Assembly: GCA_003707115.1 (NCBI GenBank) | Contig: PPNB01000001.1 | Span: 558,001-622,000 of the forward strand | DNA length: 64,000 nt | Source: Tortispora ganteri | Taxonomy: Eukaryota | Reading direction: 5' to 3' | Part shown: in pieces, positions 61,134 through 64,000 of the stretch | Layout of the letters: the number at the start of each line of letters is the position of its first letter | How positions within the stretch are numbered: the stretch's first letter is position 1 | Program-made: the position numbers and the translations under genes | Notes under the pieces: generated by a model | What the model saw: only the letters and a program-made list of their open reading frames with translations | Databases searched by the model: none | What the model was told of the DNA's origin: nothing

Positions 61134-61466
61134 CTAGTGGGTCAACCTCCATCTACCTTTCAGTTTTCTTCTTGCGATAATTTTTCTGCCGGTTCTAGAT
61201 CTTATGCGGGCTAAGAATCCGAATTTTCGTTTCCTTCGTAAAGTCGAGGGTTGATAAGTGTTTCCTCGTGATTTGAGTCGTCGCTGAAATGTGCTAGGTT
61301 GACTCATAATTAGTTGAAGCATTGATGGTTGATGCTGTTTATTGTGCACTTGTGTTAGTGATGGTCGGTAAATAGTATTACTGAACGATGAAAACGACCT
61401 CACGTAGCTGAATTTCGGTTGCAAAACATTGGACAATACACGGGCTCCTAGTGAAAATCTATACAT
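61134..61466 (-). CDS. MRX14: Mitochondrial ribosomal protein bL34m
   Basis: Presequence, then [23 protein letters not shown]...GRWRLTH. First ATG is at 61466. Confidence 0.92.
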   Translation of the reverse strand: MYRFSLGARVLSNVLQPKFSYVRSFSSFSNTIYRPSLTQVHNKQHQPSMLQLIMSQPSTFQRRLKSRGNTYQPSTLRRKRKFGFLARIRSRTGRKIIARRKLKGRWRLTH

Positions 61467-61608
61467 TGGTGATCGATAAATGAAGTGAAAACTTAGTGAA
61501 AGTCGAGGTGTGGTTTGAACACCGAGGACCCGCAGCCGCACGAAAACCTTAATATTAGATGCTGTTTTTTTCCTTCTTGCGTCTTTTTTATTTCAACCCA
61601 TATTGATC

Positions 61609-61977
61609 ATGATATCAGAGATCACTAAGCCAACGAAAGTAGAAGTTAAGCGGGTGGTTCCTGTTAGCGATTCTGAGGCTGAATTTTTATTGCGTGAGTT
61701 TATTGAGTCAAAGCAAAGGTCATTGTTTCAACAGTCGCAAAACACGACAACCACTCACACATCAGTTGTATCCGATTCAGTGCTAGAACAACTCAAACGT
61801 ATTCAGAGGGACTTGAAAGGCTTGGATCCCTTAACTGAAACCATCGCTGAGGATGTTGCTGCAGTTCATTCAAGTGATGAAGTTCACGAAAGTGGGATCA
61901 GAAACACCAGCAGCTCTGAATCGAGCGATAGCAATGAAAGTTCATCTGAGGACGACGGAAACGAAGACGACGAGTAG
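61609..61977 (+). CDS. RPA14: RNA polymerase I subunit A14
   Basis: EAEFLLREFIE...LEQLKRIQRDLKGL plus an acidic tail. Confidence 0.75.
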   Translation: MISEITKPTKVEVKRVVPVSDSEAEFLLREFIESKQRSLFQQSQNTTTTHTSVVSDSVLEQLKRIQRDLKGLDPLTETIAEDVAAVHSSDEVHESGIRNTSSSESSDSNESSSEDDGNEDDE

Positions 61978-62122
61978 TATTAATGGGTTAACGATAATGG
62001 TGTACAATTTGTACTATTTAGTAGAGTTGTAGATATTACGTAATTTATGGGTTGCGTTGAGGGTTGTTTTATGTACGATAAGAAGAATGGCGTAAAGTGA
62101 GACAATCGGGAGCAATGATAGT

Positions 62123-63492
62123 TTAGTTCTTTTTTTGTTTAACATTCTCTCTTTCATCAATCGCTGCTATTCTCTCTGCTAATATAGGGTGAGAGTAGTT
62201 ATAAGCGCTGTAGAGAGGGTCAACATCCATTGCACTTAAGTTCTCGACATGAAGTTTAATCAAAGCATTCTTAAGGTCTTCACTGTAGTTAGCGTCTACT
62301 GCGAAGGCATCAGCTTGATACTCGTATTTCCTAGACAAGTGTTTCATAAAAAACTGGAGTAAAGAATCGACAGGCTGAAGAAGATCACCAAAGAGCAAGA
62401 AACCGACAAGTGCTGGCTGAGTATTGAAACCAAACGAAGCGTAGAGAGACTTGTTATGAATGAAAGAGGCAAAGAGTACAAAAATTGAGAATAGGTGTGC
62501 CTGTCCTATAAGTAGGAGTTTTGTAGTATGAGAGAGAGACCAATGACCTAATTCATGAGCGAGTACCGCAGTTACTTCAGGGACAGTGCTTTGTGCAATG
62601 AGAGTGTCATAGATGACGATCTGCTTACTCCAGGGGAGTCCATAGAAGTAGGCATTTGAATGAGTTGAGCGACGCGAGCCATCAATTTCGTAAAGTTTTT
62701 TCAAAGGGAAGCTGAACCTAGAAGCGAGCTGTTCAACACTTGACCTGAGTTCGCCTTCTGGAAGAGGAGTAACTTTGTTAAACAAGGGCTGAATAAGGAC
62801 CGGGTAGACAGCGTACATGATAACCTGGACGGCGAGCATGAATAGCCAGAGGTAGAAAAAAAAGGCGTCGCCAAAATTTTCAATAATTTTAAGGAACGCA
62901 GCTAGCAATGGTACGCCAATGACGGTCAGAAGAAGCAACTGTTTGAGAAAGTCGGTAAAGAAGAGCCAGGGAGTTTGCTTGTTGAAACCAAACTTTTCTT
63001 CGAGAACAAAAGTTGAATATATGGACAGAGGCAAGGAAATTATTGTTGCAAATAATTGAAATAGAAGCGTGAAAACAATAGAAGTGTATATTTCAGTTTT
63101 GTAAGCAAGAGGCAAGATATTGGAGGCCAAAGACCACATGAATGGCAAGACGTCATATTTTACAATTAACAAATTTTGTACCAATCCATAGAGATCGCTA
63201 AAAAAGCCGAAATTGGATTTTGCAATTGAATATTTCTGACTCTTATCAAAAGTTTCCTGTTTAATGACAGATTTGAGTACTTTTGGTGGCTCTTTGCGTT
63301 TCAATACTTGATGCTGTCTGAAATTCAGGAACGTCTCCAGACCATATTTTGCCAGCGTAAAGCCAACAATAACTCCTTTCCAATTAAATCCGGGCCAATC
63401 AAATAATTCTCCAAATGTCTAATAGTTAGTGTATTGTTTAAATTTTTAGCTATTACTACAAGGCAGAAATTGCTTACCTTTATAATATCCAT
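62123..63492 (-). CDS. STE24: CAAX prenyl protease Ste24; join(63492..63478,63418..62123)
   Basis: 59-nt intron GTAAGC...CACTAAC...TAG gives MDIIK/TFGELFDWPGFNWK...; EEKFGFNKQT, HELGH zinc motif, EYQAD, SHP. Confidence 0.95.
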
Positions 63493-63543
63493 ATTGCAAA
63501 TCGTGTCGAAGGATAACTCGTTCCCAAAGAGTGACATACCATT

Positions 63544-64000
63544 ATGAAGAAATTACTAAAACCAAAATATATTACTACGCCTATATATTACGTGAATGCA
63601 GCTCCACATTTAGGACATTTATATTCGACAGTATTGGCTGAAACTGCTAGGAAATGGTACGAATTTAAAGGATTTCCTACAATGCTGTCTACGGGCACAG
63701 ACGAACATGGCACCAAAGTCGCACAGGCTGCACAACTCGCAAGAATGCAACCAAAAGAGTATTGCAATAAGACCTCGCAGCAGTTTCAGGAACTTGCTGA
63801 TTTTGCTCACATTAAGTACACTAATTTTATAAGAACAACTTCTTTAGATCACATACAAACAGTCTCACGTTTGTGGCAGCAGATAGAAGATAACGGATAC
63901 ATATACAAGGGATCTCACGAGGGTTGGTACTGTATTGGTGACGAAGCTTACTACGCTGAACACGAAGTTGAAGAAGTAATGAACCCGAAAACTAACGTAA
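63544..64000 (+). CDS. MSM1: Mitochondrial methionyl-tRNA synthetase (5' part; runs off the window end)
   Basis: Manual translation MKKLLKPKYITTPIYYVNAAPHLGHLYS...GTDEHG...FIRTT...YKGSHEGWYC, open to the window end. Confidence 0.92.
   Translation, partial: MKKLLKPKYITTPIYYVNAAPHLGHLYSTVLAETARKWYEFKGFPTMLSTGTDEHGTKVAQAAQLARMQPKEYCNKTSQQFQELADFAHIKYTNFIRTTSLDHIQTVSRLWQQIEDNGYIYKGSHEGWYCIGDEAYYAEHEVEEVMNPKTNV

Noticed and set aside
63544..64000. Bacterial-looking MetRS start (horizontal transfer or contamination?)
   Set aside because: The motifs fit mitochondrial Msm1, and the gene is contiguous with the intron-containing STE24.
1..64000. Alternative CUG code, transposons, CRISPR arrays
   Set aside because: CTG occurs at conserved Leu positions (e.g. 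ARC19 RFLT, KLFL). No transposase, reverse transcriptase, LTR or spaced-repeat array seen.

Overview
Very gene-dense region of an ascomycete budding-yeast-type (Saccharomycotina-like) nuclear genome. The standard genetic code applies: CTG falls at conserved Leu positions, e.g. in ARC19. I can support 44 protein-coding genes (2 cut by the window edges), one intron-containing tRNA-Arg(ACG) and four short spliceosomal introns. Most genes are conserved housekeeping genes, identified by recognising family motifs, not by database search. The ORF track misses or truncates six genes that I rebuilt by hand: UBP6, the spliced 40-aa proteolipid PMP1, ATP7, a histidine phosphatase/PGM-like gene, STE24 and MSM1. 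I saw no transposon, CRISPR array or clear horizontally transferred block. The most unusual signal is the gene packing. Two same-strand gene pairs are almost touching: the RRN10 stop is 4 nt from the SPP2 ATG, and the FBP26 stop overlaps an in-frame RAD1 ATG as ATGA. Two head-to-head pairs have only 44-51 bp between start codons, and one convergent pair overlaps. This suggests dicistronic or translationally coupled expression, or promoters lying inside coding sequence (inference). Other leads: introns that skip a branch-adjacent CAG (one uses an AAG acceptor), a cloverleaf-like intergenic element, a prenylation-tagged SPX-RING ligase near an SPX phosphate transporter, and four ORFs I could not assign to a family.
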